Of a DNA stretch of 64,000 nucleotides, positions 20,039 through 30,426 are shown piece after piece (position 1 is the stretch's first letter; every line of letters starts with the position of its first letter). A program made the position numbers and the translations under genes. This DNA is from Gemmatimonadales bacterium (lineage in GTDB: Bacteria > Gemmatimonadota > Gemmatimonadetes > Gemmatimonadales > GWC2-71-9). The notes under the pieces are model-generated. The model was not told where the DNA came from. It saw only the letters and a program-made list of their open reading frames with translations, and searched no databases. The stretch lies in NCBI GenBank assembly GCA_965249575.1, contig OZ252244.1, forward strand, positions 2,432,001 through 2,496,000, read 5' to 3'.

Positions 20039-21741
20039 GGAATTCCAGCTGCGAGAATGTGGACTGCTTCGACCATCGGGACATCGAGGTGTATGCGGAG
20101 GACCGCCCGGTTCGCCTTCAGAAGCGCCCTCCGATCGCCGAGTGCCTGAGCCAATTTCAATACACCGAAGCTGAGCGCGGCTTCGTGTTTTCCGTCGGCA
20201 TCCGGGATGGGCAGTTCGGGCCCACGATCGTCCGTCAACTGCAGAAACAATCCCGACCCGCCGTCGCCTTTGTGTAGCTGGCCTGTCGAATGGAGGAATC
20301 TGGGGCCATATCCGACCGTGGTCGCTACGTGCAGCCGATCGCGTATCTGCGTTCGCAATTCCTGCAACGCGGCAGTCGTGGCCTCGGTTGGGTGCACGTA
20401 CGCCTGAATCGCGACGTAGCCTCCAGGGTGGGCTCGACTCAAGAACGTTTCGACGGCTTCGGGCACACTGGATACGGGTCGATCGGCGAACACGGCCATG
20501 CCGTCCTCACGAAGAGATGGCTCCTCCGTTGGGAGGGAGCCGGTGGACGCGTACGCGTCCACCATCTCGCGAGCGAGCGTTTTTGCAGCCTCCACGTTGG
20601 GTTGGTCGAAGGGATTGATGGCGAGCCTCCATCCGGCAATGGCGGTCGCCATTTCCCACAGGAAGAATTGACCGCCCAATTCGTAGCGGTCCTCCACTTC
20701 GAGCTGTATGAGGGGATGGTTCGCCGAGGTCAGGCTCGCAAGCGCCTGCGGCCCTGGTTCTCCGCGGATGCCGAGCGATACGAACACCCGGTCTGGGCCG
20801 TAGGACCCAGGCTCTCCCATAGGCTCGCCATCCACTGGCAGCACGCCCTTTCCCTCCTTGCCGGTGCTCTCGGCCACCAGTTGCTCGGCCCAGGCCCCAA
20901 ACGGGGACATTGAATCTGCCGGCACGAGCGTGAGCTTGTCGCGTCCCCGCAAGGCGAGCTCACCGATCGCGCTACCTAGCATACCAGCCTGGTTGTCCCC
21001 GCTGACCGTTGAGTGGCTCCCGTCGCAGTTGCGTGCCGTCGCGGCGGCCCCCTCCAGCAGGCGCGTGATGTCCACTCCGATTAACGCTGCCGGAACCAGG
21101 CCAAAGAAGGACAAGGCGGAGTAGCGACCGCCGATCTCGGCGTCGTTGAGGAACGTCTTGCGAAACGTGAACGCGTGCGCGAGATCGGCGAGGCTGCTTC
21201 CTGGGTCGGTGATCGCGGCGAAATGCCGTCCGGCGTCTTCCGCACCAACCGCCTCTCGCACCCGATCGTAGAAGAAACGAAAGAACGAAAGCGTTTCGAC
21301 CGTCCCCCCCGACTTGGTCGAAACGATGAACAGTGTCCGTTTCAGGTCGAGCCGGTCGGCCGCGGTGGACACTGCGCCCGGATCGGTGCTGTCGAGTACC
21401 GTGAGGTCCACGTAGCCCGGCTGGACGCCGAAGACCTTGCGGTAGACTTCGGGCGCGAGGCTCGATCCCCCCATCCCGAGCAGGAGGGCGTGAGACAAAC
21501 CGTCATTCTTGACCTCGTCAACGAACGCGTTGATTGCGGACGTCTCTTTCAGCATCATGCCAGGAGTGTGCAGCCAACCTAGTCGGTTGCTGATCTCCGT
21601 GGGGTCGTCTTTCCACACCGAGTGATCGCGCTGCCAAATACGGTCGATGACGCGATCGTCTTGGAGGTCTCTACGGGCCTGCTCGACCGTCGCTACGTGT
21701 GTTCCGAGCTCTTCCCTGTACGTCATCGTGCTCAACCCCAT
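20035..21741 (-). CDS. pgi: Glucose-6-phosphate isomerase (type usually seen as the PGI half of Tal-Pgi fusions)
   Basis: NRLGWL, LGMGGSSL, STKSGGTVET, IGGRYSALS, EQLVAESTGKEG, NPFDQPNVEAAK, GPRFLHSTGQLHKG; start uncertain (21741 or 21726). Confidence 0.88.
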   Translation of the reverse strand: MGLSTMTYREELGTHVATVEQARRDLQDDRVIDRIWQRDHSVWKDDPTEISNRLGWLHTPGMMLKETSAINAFVDEVKNDGLSHALLLGMGGSSLAPEVYRKVFGVQPGYVDLTVLDSTDPGAVSTAADRLDLKRTLFIVSTKSGGTVETLSFFRFFYDRVREAVGAEDAGRHFAAITDPGSSLADLAHAFTFRKTFLNDAEIGGRYSALSFFGLVPAALIGVDITRLLEGAAATARNCDGSHSTVSGDNQAGMLGSAIGELALRGRDKLTLVPADSMSPFGAWAEQLVAESTGKEGKGVLPVDGEPMGEPGSYGPDRVFVSLGIRGEPGPQALASLTSANHPLIQLEVEDRYELGGQFFLWEMATAIAGWRLAINPFDQPNVEAAKTLAREMVDAYASTGSLPTEEPSLREDGMAVFADRPVSSVPEAVETFLSRAHPGGYVAIQAYVHPTEATTAALQELRTQIRDRLHVATTVGYGPRFLHSTGQLHKGDGGSGLFLQLTDDRGPELPIPDADGKHEAALSFGVLKLAQALGDRRALLKANRAVLRIHLDVPMVEAVHILAAGIP

Positions 21742-21772
21742 CGACTGAAATTCCTTGAGCGGGCGGCATGGC

Positions 21773-22255
21773 TCATGGCGACGATCTCGTGGGAAACGGC
21801 GGATCACTGCGGGGCTGATCTTCGAGAGCCGTTACCTTTGCCAGACGCCGCACGTGGCGCTCCTCGGCGGAGAAGCTGGCGTTAAGGAACGACTGAACGA
21901 GCTCGTTGGCCAGCGCCGGTCCGATCACACGTCCCCCGAGAACCAGGACGTTCATGCTGTCGTGCTCGACTCCTTGATGAGCGGAATATGTGTCGTGGCA
22001 CAAGCCGGCGCGGATACCGGGAATCTTGTTCGCGGCCACCGACGCCCCGACTCCACTTCCACAGATCAAGATGCCCCGGGACTCCGGCTCCCCGAGAACC
22101 GCGTCCGCGAGCGATCTTGCGACGTCGGGGTAGTCAACGGGCTCCAAACCAAACGTGCCGACGTCCACGACGTCCCAGCCGAGCTGTTGCAGGTGCTTGT
22201 GCAATCGCCCTTTGAGCTCGACCCCTGCATGATCTGCCCCAATTACGACGCGCAT
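21773..22255 (-). CDS. rpiB: Ribose-5-phosphate isomerase B
   Basis: [44 protein letters not shown]. Confidence 0.96.
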   Translation of the reverse strand: MRVVIGADHAGVELKGRLHKHLQQLGWDVVDVGTFGLEPVDYPDVARSLADAVLGEPESRGILICGSGVGASVAANKIPGIRAGLCHDTYSAHQGVEHDSMNVLVLGGRVIGPALANELVQSFLNASFSAEERHVRRLAKVTALEDQPRSDPPFPTRSSP

Positions 22256-22423
22256 TTCCTCACTCCGGCTTAATCAACCGACGCGTTCGAAGGTACCGCA
22301 TGTAGCGCCCTCTCGAACCGGCGCCGAGCTCAAATAGTTCCGGCACGGGCTCGGCGCGCAAGGTGCCGACGGAAAGTGGAGGCGCGGGCGTCGCGGCGTC
22401 TGGACAATTTCGAATCGAATTCG

Positions 22424-22452
22424 TTGCCGCACTTCACGCCCTTCTGTATCTT
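22424..22452 (+). promoter_or_regulatory. Putative sigma70 promoter, likely leaderless transcript
   Basis: TTGCCG-17 nt-TATCTT ending 8 nt before ATG 22461, with no SD. Confidence 0.5.
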
Positions 22453-22460
22453 ACGGCCCG

Positions 22461-24046
22461 ATGCACTTTGAAGAACGATTTGCGCTCATGCTGGCTAGGC
22501 TGGTCGATCTGTTCCGGAGGAATCCGTACGGGACCGAAGAGCAGCAAGCCGCCCTCGCATCACTCGTCGAGTTCGTGAATCAGCGGAGCGCGACGGTCTG
22601 GGTTGAGAACGACGCCCTGGTGGTCGAGGGAGTAGCGATCAACCGGGACGCCGCCTTCCTGCCGGGCCTGGTGTCTCAACTCAAGGCCCATGGTGTTGGT
22701 GAGGTGTTGTTCGCCTATCGCACGCCGCCCACCGATTTGCTTCACCTCCTCCATGGCCTGGCCCTCGAGGCACCCGCGGATGGTGCCTTCGACTATCTCG
22801 AGCATCGCCTGATCGACGCGCAGGCGGTCACAATCAGGGTTCTGAGTCCGGACGCCCACCATGCAGCCGAAGGCCGCCGGGGCGCGACAATACCAGAGGC
22901 CATGGGAGCGACAGCCGCCGCGGCGCCCGGGCCGGAGGAGCAGGGAGCCGCGGGAAGCTCCCCGATCGTTTCCAGCGAAGATGCCGATCTGCTGGTAGAG
23001 CAAGCCCGCGAGGCCACCACGTCTCTGGCTGCCGCGGTGAAACGCGTCCGCCGGCACCCGGCGGGGGCCGAGTTGTCCCGCGTCCTCAACGCGGTGGCGG
23101 AGGGTGTCGTGACCGCTGTTCGGAGCAACCGGACCGACGAGGCGATCGAGGCCGTGATTGCCGTGGTGCAGCAGGAGGAAGAAGCGCCGGAAGAAGCGCC
23201 GACGGAAGACGTACGCATCTGCTACAGCGCGGTCCTCCAGAGAATCTTGCAGCGGGAAGTGCTGGAGCCGCTCTCCAAGTTGCTCATCGACCCGCTCTAT
23301 GGGAAGGACGTCACGGAGATCATGAAGCGGGCGGGCACCAAAGCGACCGAAATGCTCTTGGACTTGCTCGTTGCGGCAGACACCTTTGCCGAACGCCGTT
23401 CCTACATGGGCACGATCCGGCAGATGGAGCGTGGCACGGACATCCTCGTGAGTATGCTCAATCATCACGAGTGGTATGTCGTTCGTAATGTCTCTGATCT
23501 CGTCGGGGACCTGCGAATCGAGGAAGGGATTCCCGCGCTCGGCAGAGCGACCGAGCACGAGGACCCCGCGTGCGCCGCTCGGTCGGCGTAGCGCTGGGAA
23601 AGATCGGCACGGCGGCCTCGGTGAAGTTCTTGACTCCGCTGCTTCGCGATTCCGATCCCCAAGTTCGAGCGGAGGTGGCGAGGGGGCTGAGTGGCAAGGA
23701 CCTCACCGCGCTCGCAATGCCTCTGGTGAATGCGGTGGGAGAGGAAGAGGACGAGGCCGTTCGCGATGAGTTGTACCGCGCGCTCGGGCGCATCGGGACA
23801 GCAAGTGCCGTGCAGGCGCTCATCAACGCCGCGCGGCCGGGCGGACTGCTTCTCAAGCGCCGGGGCGCGACCGACCGGCTTGCAGCAGTCGAGGGGCTGG
23901 GACTTGCGGGTGGTGAGGCAGCCGTGCAGGCGCTCGAATCGCTCGGCAAAGATCGCGACCGGCAGGTACGGGACGAAGCCCGCAAAGCCTTGGCGCAGGC
24001 TAGAATCAGGAGGAGCCGCACCGAGCAAACGATCCCGCCTCCCTAA
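22461..24046 (+). CDS. HEAT-repeat protein, frameshifted near 23565
   Basis: ORF 22461-23591 (...WYVVRNV...HEDP) continues in ORF 23570-24046 (VRRSVGVALGKIG, DSDPQVRAEVARGL); one base missing at gaccccgcgtg. Confidence 0.8.
23177..23200 (+). repeat. 12-bp in-frame tandem duplication
   Basis: ggaagaagcgcc x2 (EEAP EEAP). Confidence 0.85.
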
Positions 24047-24122
24047 AGGGTACCTCCCAACCTCTCCATTCAGCGGCCGCCATCGGCGCTTGGGCCCCGT
24101 CCGGGGTATCTTGCTTGCGAAA

Positions 24123-25499
24123 ATGACCCTGCGCCTCTACGACACCTATACTCGGTCACCGCGGGAGTTCCAGGCCCTGAGGCCTCCTGAGGTGGGGTTG
24201 TACGCCTGTGGCCCCACGGTGTACGACTACGCCCACATAGGCAACCTCCGGACGTACATCTTCGAAGACCTCCTGCGGCGCGTTCTCGAGTTTCGTGGCT
24301 TTCGCGTCACGCATGTGGTGAACATCACCGATGTGGGCCACCTCGTTTCCGATGCCGATACCGGCGAAGACAAGATGGAGGCGGGGTCGCGGCGAACCGG
24401 CAGGTCGGCGTGGGAGATTGCGGAGCTGTACACAGCGGCGTTCAAGGAAGACCTGAGTCTCCTCAACGTCCGCGAACCGACCATCTGGTGTAAGGCGACG
24501 GAGCACATCACGGAACAGATCGAGTTGATCCGCTGCATTGAAGACAAGGGATATACCTACACCACCTCGGATGGCGTGTACTTCGATACCTCGAAACTAT
24601 CCGACTACGGATATCTCGCGCGCCTCGATGTCGCGGGACTGCAGGCTGGGGCTCGGGTCGACGTTGCGGAGAAGCGCAACGTGACCGACTTCGCTCTGTG
24701 GAAGCTGAGTCCGCCGGGCACGAAGCGTCAGATGGAATGGGACAGTCCCTGGGGTGTCGGGTTTCCGGGATGGCACATCGAGTGTTCCGCGATGTCGGCG
24801 AAATACCTCGGTCCCGAGTTCGACATCCATTGCGGCGGGGAGGACCATCCGCCGGTTCACCACACGAACGAGATCGCGCAGAGCCAGGCCTGCTACGGCA
24901 CTCGCTTGGCCAGGTTCTGGCTGCACGGGGCCTTCTTGCAGCTCGACCACGATAGGATGTCAAAGTTATCTGGTGAGTTTCTTCGCCTGCAGAGCCTGAT
25001 CGACAAGGGTTACGATCCGCTATCCTATCGTTACCTGGTGCTTGGCGCGCACTATCGAACTTCCCTCAGCTTCTCATGGGAGAGTCTCGACTCCGCGGCC
25101 ACGGCGCTGGACCGCCTGCGGGTTGCCTGTCACTCGTGGGGCGAAGCCGGAACTGTCGATGAGAGCTTCCTGGCGCGCTTCGACGCGGAAATCGACGACG
25201 ACCTCAATACGCCTCGGGCGCTTGCCGTCATGTGGGATCTGCTGAAAGGCGAGCCGCCGGCGGCGATCAAGAAAGCGACGCTGCTGGCCTTCGACGAGGT
25301 GTTGGGACTCCGGCTAGCGGACTGGCGCCCGGGCGAGGAATCGGTTCCCGAAAGCGTGTTGGCTCTCGTCAAGGAACGAGAACAGTCACGCCAAAAACGG
25401 GAATGGGGTGAGGCCGATCGCCTGCGAGGAGCGGTCCGTGATGCCGGGTTCGAGGTCGAAGACACACCCGATGGGCCCCGAGTTCGGCGGGTCCGCTGA
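24123..25499 (+). CDS. cysS: Cysteinyl-tRNA synthetase
   Basis: [61 protein letters not shown]. Confidence 0.97.
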   Translation: MTLRLYDTYTRSPREFQALRPPEVGLYACGPTVYDYAHIGNLRTYIFEDLLRRVLEFRGFRVTHVVNITDVGHLVSDADTGEDKMEAGSRRTGRSAWEIAELYTAAFKEDLSLLNVREPTIWCKATEHITEQIELIRCIEDKGYTYTTSDGVYFDTSKLSDYGYLARLDVAGLQAGARVDVAEKRNVTDFALWKLSPPGTKRQMEWDSPWGVGFPGWHIECSAMSAKYLGPEFDIHCGGEDHPPVHHTNEIAQSQACYGTRLARFWLHGAFLQLDHDRMSKLSGEFLRLQSLIDKGYDPLSYRYLVLGAHYRTSLSFSWESLDSAATALDRLRVACHSWGEAGTVDESFLARFDAEIDDDLNTPRALAVMWDLLKGEPPAAIKKATLLAFDEVLGLRLADWRPGEESVPESVLALVKEREQSRQKREWGEADRLRGAVRDAGFEVEDTPDGPRVRRVR

Positions 25500-25565
25500 T
25501 CGGCCGTCGGCCGGCGGCGTGCGAACCGCTGCCGGTGACGGGCTATCCGCCCGGGCGTGACCTCG

Positions 25566-26837
25566 CTACACCCGAAACACGCCGTCGGTCCATTCGATGG
25601 CCTGGCGGTAGATCTGTGCGAGCCGGTCACTCGACACGCCGAGCTCGTCGGCCACCGCCACGGCTCGGTCCCAGGATCCCCGCTGATAGGCGACGGTGAG
25701 GCTCAAATACTTGCTGAGCTCGGTCTGCTTGCCCAGGAGTGTGCGTTTGACGGAATCGGGAACGGACAGATCCTTCAATACCTCGGGCATCGGCTGATCC
25801 ACCAACGCATCCAGCAGCGAGAACAGACCGACCAGAAACAGGTCGGATGCCCTGTCGCCCAGACCCCCACCTTCACCGAGCAGCTCGGCGAAGCGGGCCC
25901 TGATCAACGCGGTGACCACAAGCTCCGCTGGTTTGTCATCACCCATGCCAGCAAGCGCCACTAAAGAGGCCCATTTGCGGATGGGCCGTTCTCCCAAAAG
26001 CAGAATGCCCTGTCTGATCGAGGGGACCTCGTAGCGCCAGCCGAACCACGCCGAGTTCAGATATCGCAGCAGCTTGACCGATAGCGACACCTCCTGCCGA
26101 ATGATGCTCTCGAGCTGGTCTACTTGGAGGTCGGGCCGGTGCACTTCATTCAGAAAGCGGAGGTAGTTGAGTTTGAACGCCGGCACGGCTCGCCCGGTCA
26201 CCATTTCCGGCTTGCAGAAGAAGTATCCCTGGAACATCGTGCAGCCGAGTTCGCGTCCCTCGTCAAAGTCTTCCGTCGTCTCTACTTTTTCCGCTAGGAA
26301 CTGTAGGTCATTCTTCTTACAGCGGTCGACCAGTGACCGGCTCGTCGCCCGGTCAGTGGCCATGAAATCGATCTTGATGATGTCGGCGATGCCGACCAGC
26401 GGGACGAACTGTTCCTCGAATACGAAATCGTCCAGCGCAAGTGTGTAGCCGGCCCGCTTGAGATCGCGGCATGCGCCAACCACGTCTGGGTCCGGGTCGA
26501 TCTTCTCGAGGAGCTCCAGGACGGCCTGGTCGGCCGGTAAGACAGCGTAGAGCTCTTCGACCAACACCCGTCGCGTGATGTTTATGAATGCCTTCTTGGT
26601 CCCGACCAGTGAGTCGAGACCGAAGGCCGTGAGTGAGCCATCGATCACGCGAGAGGTCGCAACGTCCTGATCGGCAAAATCGAAGAAATTGTCCGGACCG
26701 GATCGGAAGAGCAGCTCGTACGCAACGACCCGGCGCCGGGAATCGAAAATCGGTTGTCGGGCGAGGTAGACCAGGGCAGAGCCGGGCTCGGACCGAGATT
26801 CAGCACCGGCGACACCGCTGCTAAGGTTACTGCTCAT
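25566..26837 (-). CDS. EAL + HDOD domain protein (YuxH/PdeH-like c-di-GMP phosphodiesterase)
   Basis: ARQPIFD, YELLFR, ALDDF, KIDF, AEKVET, QGYFF; HDOD part KLLRYLNSA, RARFAELL, FLVGLFSLLDA. Confidence 0.92.
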   Translation of the reverse strand: MSSNLSSGVAGAESRSEPGSALVYLARQPIFDSRRRVVAYELLFRSGPDNFFDFADQDVATSRVIDGSLTAFGLDSLVGTKKAFINITRRVLVEELYAVLPADQAVLELLEKIDPDPDVVGACRDLKRAGYTLALDDFVFEEQFVPLVGIADIIKIDFMATDRATSRSLVDRCKKNDLQFLAEKVETTEDFDEGRELGCTMFQGYFFCKPEMVTGRAVPAFKLNYLRFLNEVHRPDLQVDQLESIIRQEVSLSVKLLRYLNSAWFGWRYEVPSIRQGILLLGERPIRKWASLVALAGMGDDKPAELVVTALIRARFAELLGEGGGLGDRASDLFLVGLFSLLDALVDQPMPEVLKDLSVPDSVKRTLLGKQTELSKYLSLTVAYQRGSWDRAVAVADELGVSSDRLAQIYRQAIEWTDGVFRV

Positions 26838-27069
26838 ATCGCTGAAAGCGGGTCGCGGAGTCGGGTTCTTCCGCGGAAGCCGTGGGTGTGAGCCCGATTC
26901 TGGACTCCGGCGGCGCAGGACCCCAAACCAGAGTCAGCGAGACCCACAGCAAGACGCCGGCCGCCAATGTGGCGGCGATGCTCACCCGAGAAGAGACCCA
27001 TTCCTCCCGTGACGGCGGTTCCAGGCCACTCTGGCCTGCGCGTGATCTCCCCGATCGGACGCGAGGCAT
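26827..27069 (-). CDS. Small hypothetical single-TM protein
   Basis: ATG after GAGGGGG; hydrophobic IAATLAAGVLLWVSLTLVW; overlaps the EAL gene start. Confidence 0.4.
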   Translation of the reverse strand: MPRVRSGRSRAGQSGLEPPSREEWVSSRVSIAATLAAGVLLWVSLTLVWGPAPPESRIGLTPTASAEEPDSATRFQRYEQ

Positions 27070-27254
27070 GGCAACCCCCTCGGAAAATGAAGAGCTCTTG
27101 CGACCAGTATCGGCAAGCAGCCGTCCGACCTTGACGAACGCCTCCGCGAACAGCTGGCAAAGGAGGGCGGATGGTGTCACACTTCGTTGGCGGCAGGTTG
27201 TGAAAACGTCCGGTATGAAGGCAGGGGAGGCGAGGAACAGTGGTCAAGCAAACG

Positions 27255-28211
27255 ATGTATCCTTTCGACGTCATGGGCGCGGTGTCATTGGTGACGTATG
27301 CATTGTTCGCCGCGGGCTCGCATGAACCCGGGAAACCGGCCCAGCCCGCTCCATACGTCGTGGTCCTCGGAATTGCGCAAGACGGCGGGGTGCCACAGGC
27401 CGGGACCAAGGATCATCCCGGCTGGGACGACCCCGCCAAGACGCGGCACGTCGTTAGCTTGGGCATCGTCGATCCCCACACGAGCCAGCGGTGGATGATC
27501 GAAGCAACGCCCGATTTGCGGTGGCAGCTCCACACACTCGACCGTCTTGCGCCTGCGGAAGGCAGCCCCGGTCTCGACGGTGTGTTTCTCACGCACGGAC
27601 ACATGGGTCACTACACCGGCCTGATGTACCTCGGTCACGAATCCCTGGGGGCCCGAGACGTCCCGGTCCACGCGATGCCGCGCATGCGACAGTACCTCAG
27701 CACGAACGGCCCGTGGGATCAACTCGTGCGGTATGGGAACATCGTCTTGCGGCCCATGAGCGATGGGGCTCCCGTCCGGCTGAACGACCGGTTGACTGTG
27801 ACCCCGTTCCTCGTTCCACACCGGCAAGAGTACACCGAGGTGGTCGGGTTTCGGGTAGACGGCCCCAATCGTTCGGTCCTGTTCATTCCCGATATCGACA
27901 GTTGGGAAGAATGGGACGAGCAGGGGACCGCAATCGAGAGCATGATTGCGGACGTGGATCTCGCATACGTCGACGGATCGTTCTACGCGAACGGTGAAAT
28001 TCCCGGGCGGGACATGTCGGGCTTCCCACATCCCTTCATTACGCACAGCATGACGCGCTTCCAATCGTTGCCACTGGACGAGCGCCGAAAGGTCCGATTC
28101 ATACACCTCAACCACACGAATCCGGCCCTCGATGCCCGGAGCGACGCCCGCCGGCGCATCGAGGAGAGCGGCTACCGCGTAGCGGAAGAATTCGAGCAGT
28201 TCGATCTGTAA
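27255..28211 (+). CDS. MBL-fold metallo-hydrolase, PqqB-like
   Basis: VLGIAQDGGVPQAG, IEATPD, FLTHGHMGHYTGL, VPHRQEYTE, FIPDID, FIHLNHTN. Confidence 0.85.
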   Translation: MYPFDVMGAVSLVTYALFAAGSHEPGKPAQPAPYVVVLGIAQDGGVPQAGTKDHPGWDDPAKTRHVVSLGIVDPHTSQRWMIEATPDLRWQLHTLDRLAPAEGSPGLDGVFLTHGHMGHYTGLMYLGHESLGARDVPVHAMPRMRQYLSTNGPWDQLVRYGNIVLRPMSDGAPVRLNDRLTVTPFLVPHRQEYTEVVGFRVDGPNRSVLFIPDIDSWEEWDEQGTAIESMIADVDLAYVDGSFYANGEIPGRDMSGFPHPFITHSMTRFQSLPLDERRKVRFIHLNHTNPALDARSDARRRIEESGYRVAEEFEQFDL

Positions 28212-28270
28212 CCCGAACTTATAAATGGTCCGGCGCTGTCGATCTCGGATCGAGTGATTGGAGAACCGGT

Positions 28271-28729
28271 ATGAGTGAAGTCTTTCAGATGATTCCGGCG
28301 TCGAGCAAGCCGCTCTGGTTCTTGGGCGCAATCTGCGGCTTGCTGATTCTCCTCATTGGACTCTTTGGGTATATCGCGCACGCGTCACAACATGCACGGT
28401 TCGAAGTCTCACGCAGCGGGCTGACGATCATCGGCGATTTCTATGGCAGAACGATCCCAGTCCAATCGCTGGTGGCCGATCGAGCCATGCGTATCGACTT
28501 GTCCGGTGACTCGGTCCATCGACCGCGTATTCGGACATTTGGGACCGGACTCCCGGGCTACAGCTCGGGTTGGTTTCGACTGCGAAACGGTGAGAAGGCT
28601 CTGCTCTATGTGACCGACCCCAAACGAGCCGTGTACATTCCGACGACGGAAGGCTACAGCCTCGTTCTGTCGGTGGCCCAGCCCGAGGCTTTCCTCCGCA
28701 CAATCGCCCGCTTGGGGTCATCTTCCTGA
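28271..28729 (+). CDS. Membrane protein with bacterial PH domain
   Basis: N-terminal TM, RTFGTGLPGYSSGWFRLRNGEKALLYVTD. Confidence 0.75.
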   Translation: MSEVFQMIPASSKPLWFLGAICGLLILLIGLFGYIAHASQHARFEVSRSGLTIIGDFYGRTIPVQSLVADRAMRIDLSGDSVHRPRIRTFGTGLPGYSSGWFRLRNGEKALLYVTDPKRAVYIPTTEGYSLVLSVAQPEAFLRTIARLGSSS

Positions 28730-28746
28730 ACTCTGTGGGTAGCGGA

Positions 28747-29196
28747 ATGCGAGATGTCCACGATGAGTTCAGCCGTGTCCCGGCGAACGGACTCTTTGGG
28801 TTTCGACTCCTGTCGACGGACGACGGAACGGCCGAGGTGGCGCTGCAGCCGGATGGAAGCCATACGCAAGAAAACGGTGTCGTTCACGGGGGATTGATCG
28901 CGGCGCTCGCGGACACGACCGCCGTTTACGCGCTCCTTGCCGATCTTCCCGCCGACCGGACCGTGACGGGGGTCGAGTTCAAGATCAACTTTCTGCGTCC
29001 TGCACAGCCCGCCGGTGGCATGCTGCTCGCGCGTGCGCTCCCATTGCGACGCGGTCGGCGGATTGCTGTCTGCGAGGTCGAGGTGATCCAAGAACAATCG
29101 GTCGTCGCGAAGGGAAGCTTCACCTATCTCGTCGGAGCGGCACAGATAGCGCCGAATCGGCCAAGCCCATCGGAGAAGGGATCGCCGCGGGAGTAA
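28747..29196 (+). CDS. PaaI-family (hotdog) thioesterase
   Basis: NGVVHGGLIAALADT, EFKINFLRP, GRRIAVCEV. Confidence 0.9.
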   Translation: MRDVHDEFSRVPANGLFGFRLLSTDDGTAEVALQPDGSHTQENGVVHGGLIAALADTTAVYALLADLPADRTVTGVEFKINFLRPAQPAGGMLLARALPLRRGRRIAVCEVEVIQEQSVVAKGSFTYLVGAAQIAPNRPSPSEKGSPRE

Positions 29197-29328
29197 GTCT
29201 TCGATCGCTCCCGCGAGGCAACGGAACTCCGCCACATCTCAGGTGTCCCACCCTCCCCAGAAGACGGGTTGAGAATCACTCGACTGGCAGGGCCTTCAAG
29301 TCATTCCCGCCCCGATGGAGGAATCGAA

Positions 29329-30390
29329 ATGCACGATAGCGGCCTTCATTTCACGAAGGACAGCGACACCGTACCGGAGGACGACTGCGGGAGGATGCCA
29401 CCCCAGGGACGCCCCGACGAAGACGCCGCGTTGCTCGATGCGTACTCCCGGGCGGTGATCGGTGCCGCGGACGCCGTTGCACCGGCGGTCGTGAGCGTCG
29501 AGGTGTGGAGTGGCCGGGGCGGTCGCGACTCGCCGGTTCCGCAGGCGGAGCGCGGGGTGCCACGTGGGTCCGGCTCGGGATTCGTGTTCAGCGCGGACGG
29601 GCGGATCATGACGAACAGTCACGTGGTGCGGAACGCGCGGCGCATCACGGTGCGGCTCCCCGATGGACGAACGGCACGCGCGGAGCCCCTTGGCGACGAC
29701 CCCGACACCGACATTGCGATCGTTCGCATCGACGAGCCGGAACTGATGGCTGCGCCTCTGGGGGACTCGCGCTCGCTCCGTCCGGGCCAGTTGGTGATCG
29801 CGATCGGCAACCCTCTCGGCTTTCAGAGCAGCGTCACCGCCGGGGTGGTGAGCGCACTTGGGCGCTCGCTCCGGTCCGTTACGGGGCGCCTCATTGAAGA
29901 CATCATCCAAACCGATGCCGCACTGAACCCCGGCAATTCCGGTGGGCCGCTCGTGAACAGTCGCGGTGAGGTGGTTGGCGTGAACACCGCGGTCATTCTG
30001 CCGGCGCAAGGACTGTGCTTTGCCGTGGGCATCAACACGGCCCGATCCGTGGCCGATCAGTTGGCACGTCACGGGAGGGTCCGCCGCGCGCACCTCGGGG
30101 TGTCGGGCCAGACGGTCTCACTGGCGCGAGCGGCGGCCAGCGGGCCCGTGGCCCGGCAGCGTACCGGACTGCTCGTGCTTTCAGTCCAGGCCGAGAGTCC
30201 TGCCGACCGGGCGGACGTTCTCCCCGGGGACGTCATCGTGACGTTCAACGGCCAGCCAGTTGCCGGGGTCGACGATCTGCACCGCCTGCTGCTCGAGGAT
30301 GCTATCGGTGTGAGGGCGTTCATCCGAGTGCTCAGGGGACGTGAGGAAATCGAAATGGAGACCCTCCCGGAGGAGGGTGCCACGCGCTAG
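29329..30390 (+). CDS. HtrA/DegP-like trypsin serine protease with PDZ domain
   Basis: GSGSGF, TNSHVV, DIA, IQTDAALNPGNSGGPL, C-terminal PDZ; RBS GGAGGA. Confidence 0.93.
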   Translation: MHDSGLHFTKDSDTVPEDDCGRMPPQGRPDEDAALLDAYSRAVIGAADAVAPAVVSVEVWSGRGGRDSPVPQAERGVPRGSGSGFVFSADGRIMTNSHVVRNARRITVRLPDGRTARAEPLGDDPDTDIAIVRIDEPELMAAPLGDSRSLRPGQLVIAIGNPLGFQSSVTAGVVSALGRSLRSVTGRLIEDIIQTDAALNPGNSGGPLVNSRGEVVGVNTAVILPAQGLCFAVGINTARSVADQLARHGRVRRAHLGVSGQTVSLARAAASGPVARQRTGLLVLSVQAESPADRADVLPGDVIVTFNGQPVAGVDDLHRLLLEDAIGVRAFIRVLRGREEIEMETLPEEGATR

Positions 30391-30426
30391 TCTCCGAGGC
30401 TGCGAGCCGAAGGTATATTCAACATC

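Noticed and set aside
21726..21776. PLKEFQSMGLS upstream of pgi resembles a transaldolase N-terminus, hinting at a deleted Tal domain of a Tal-Pgi fusion
   Set aside because: Only about 11 residues of similarity and it needs an extra frameshift to join the ATG at 21776; cannot be distinguished from chance without homolog alignment
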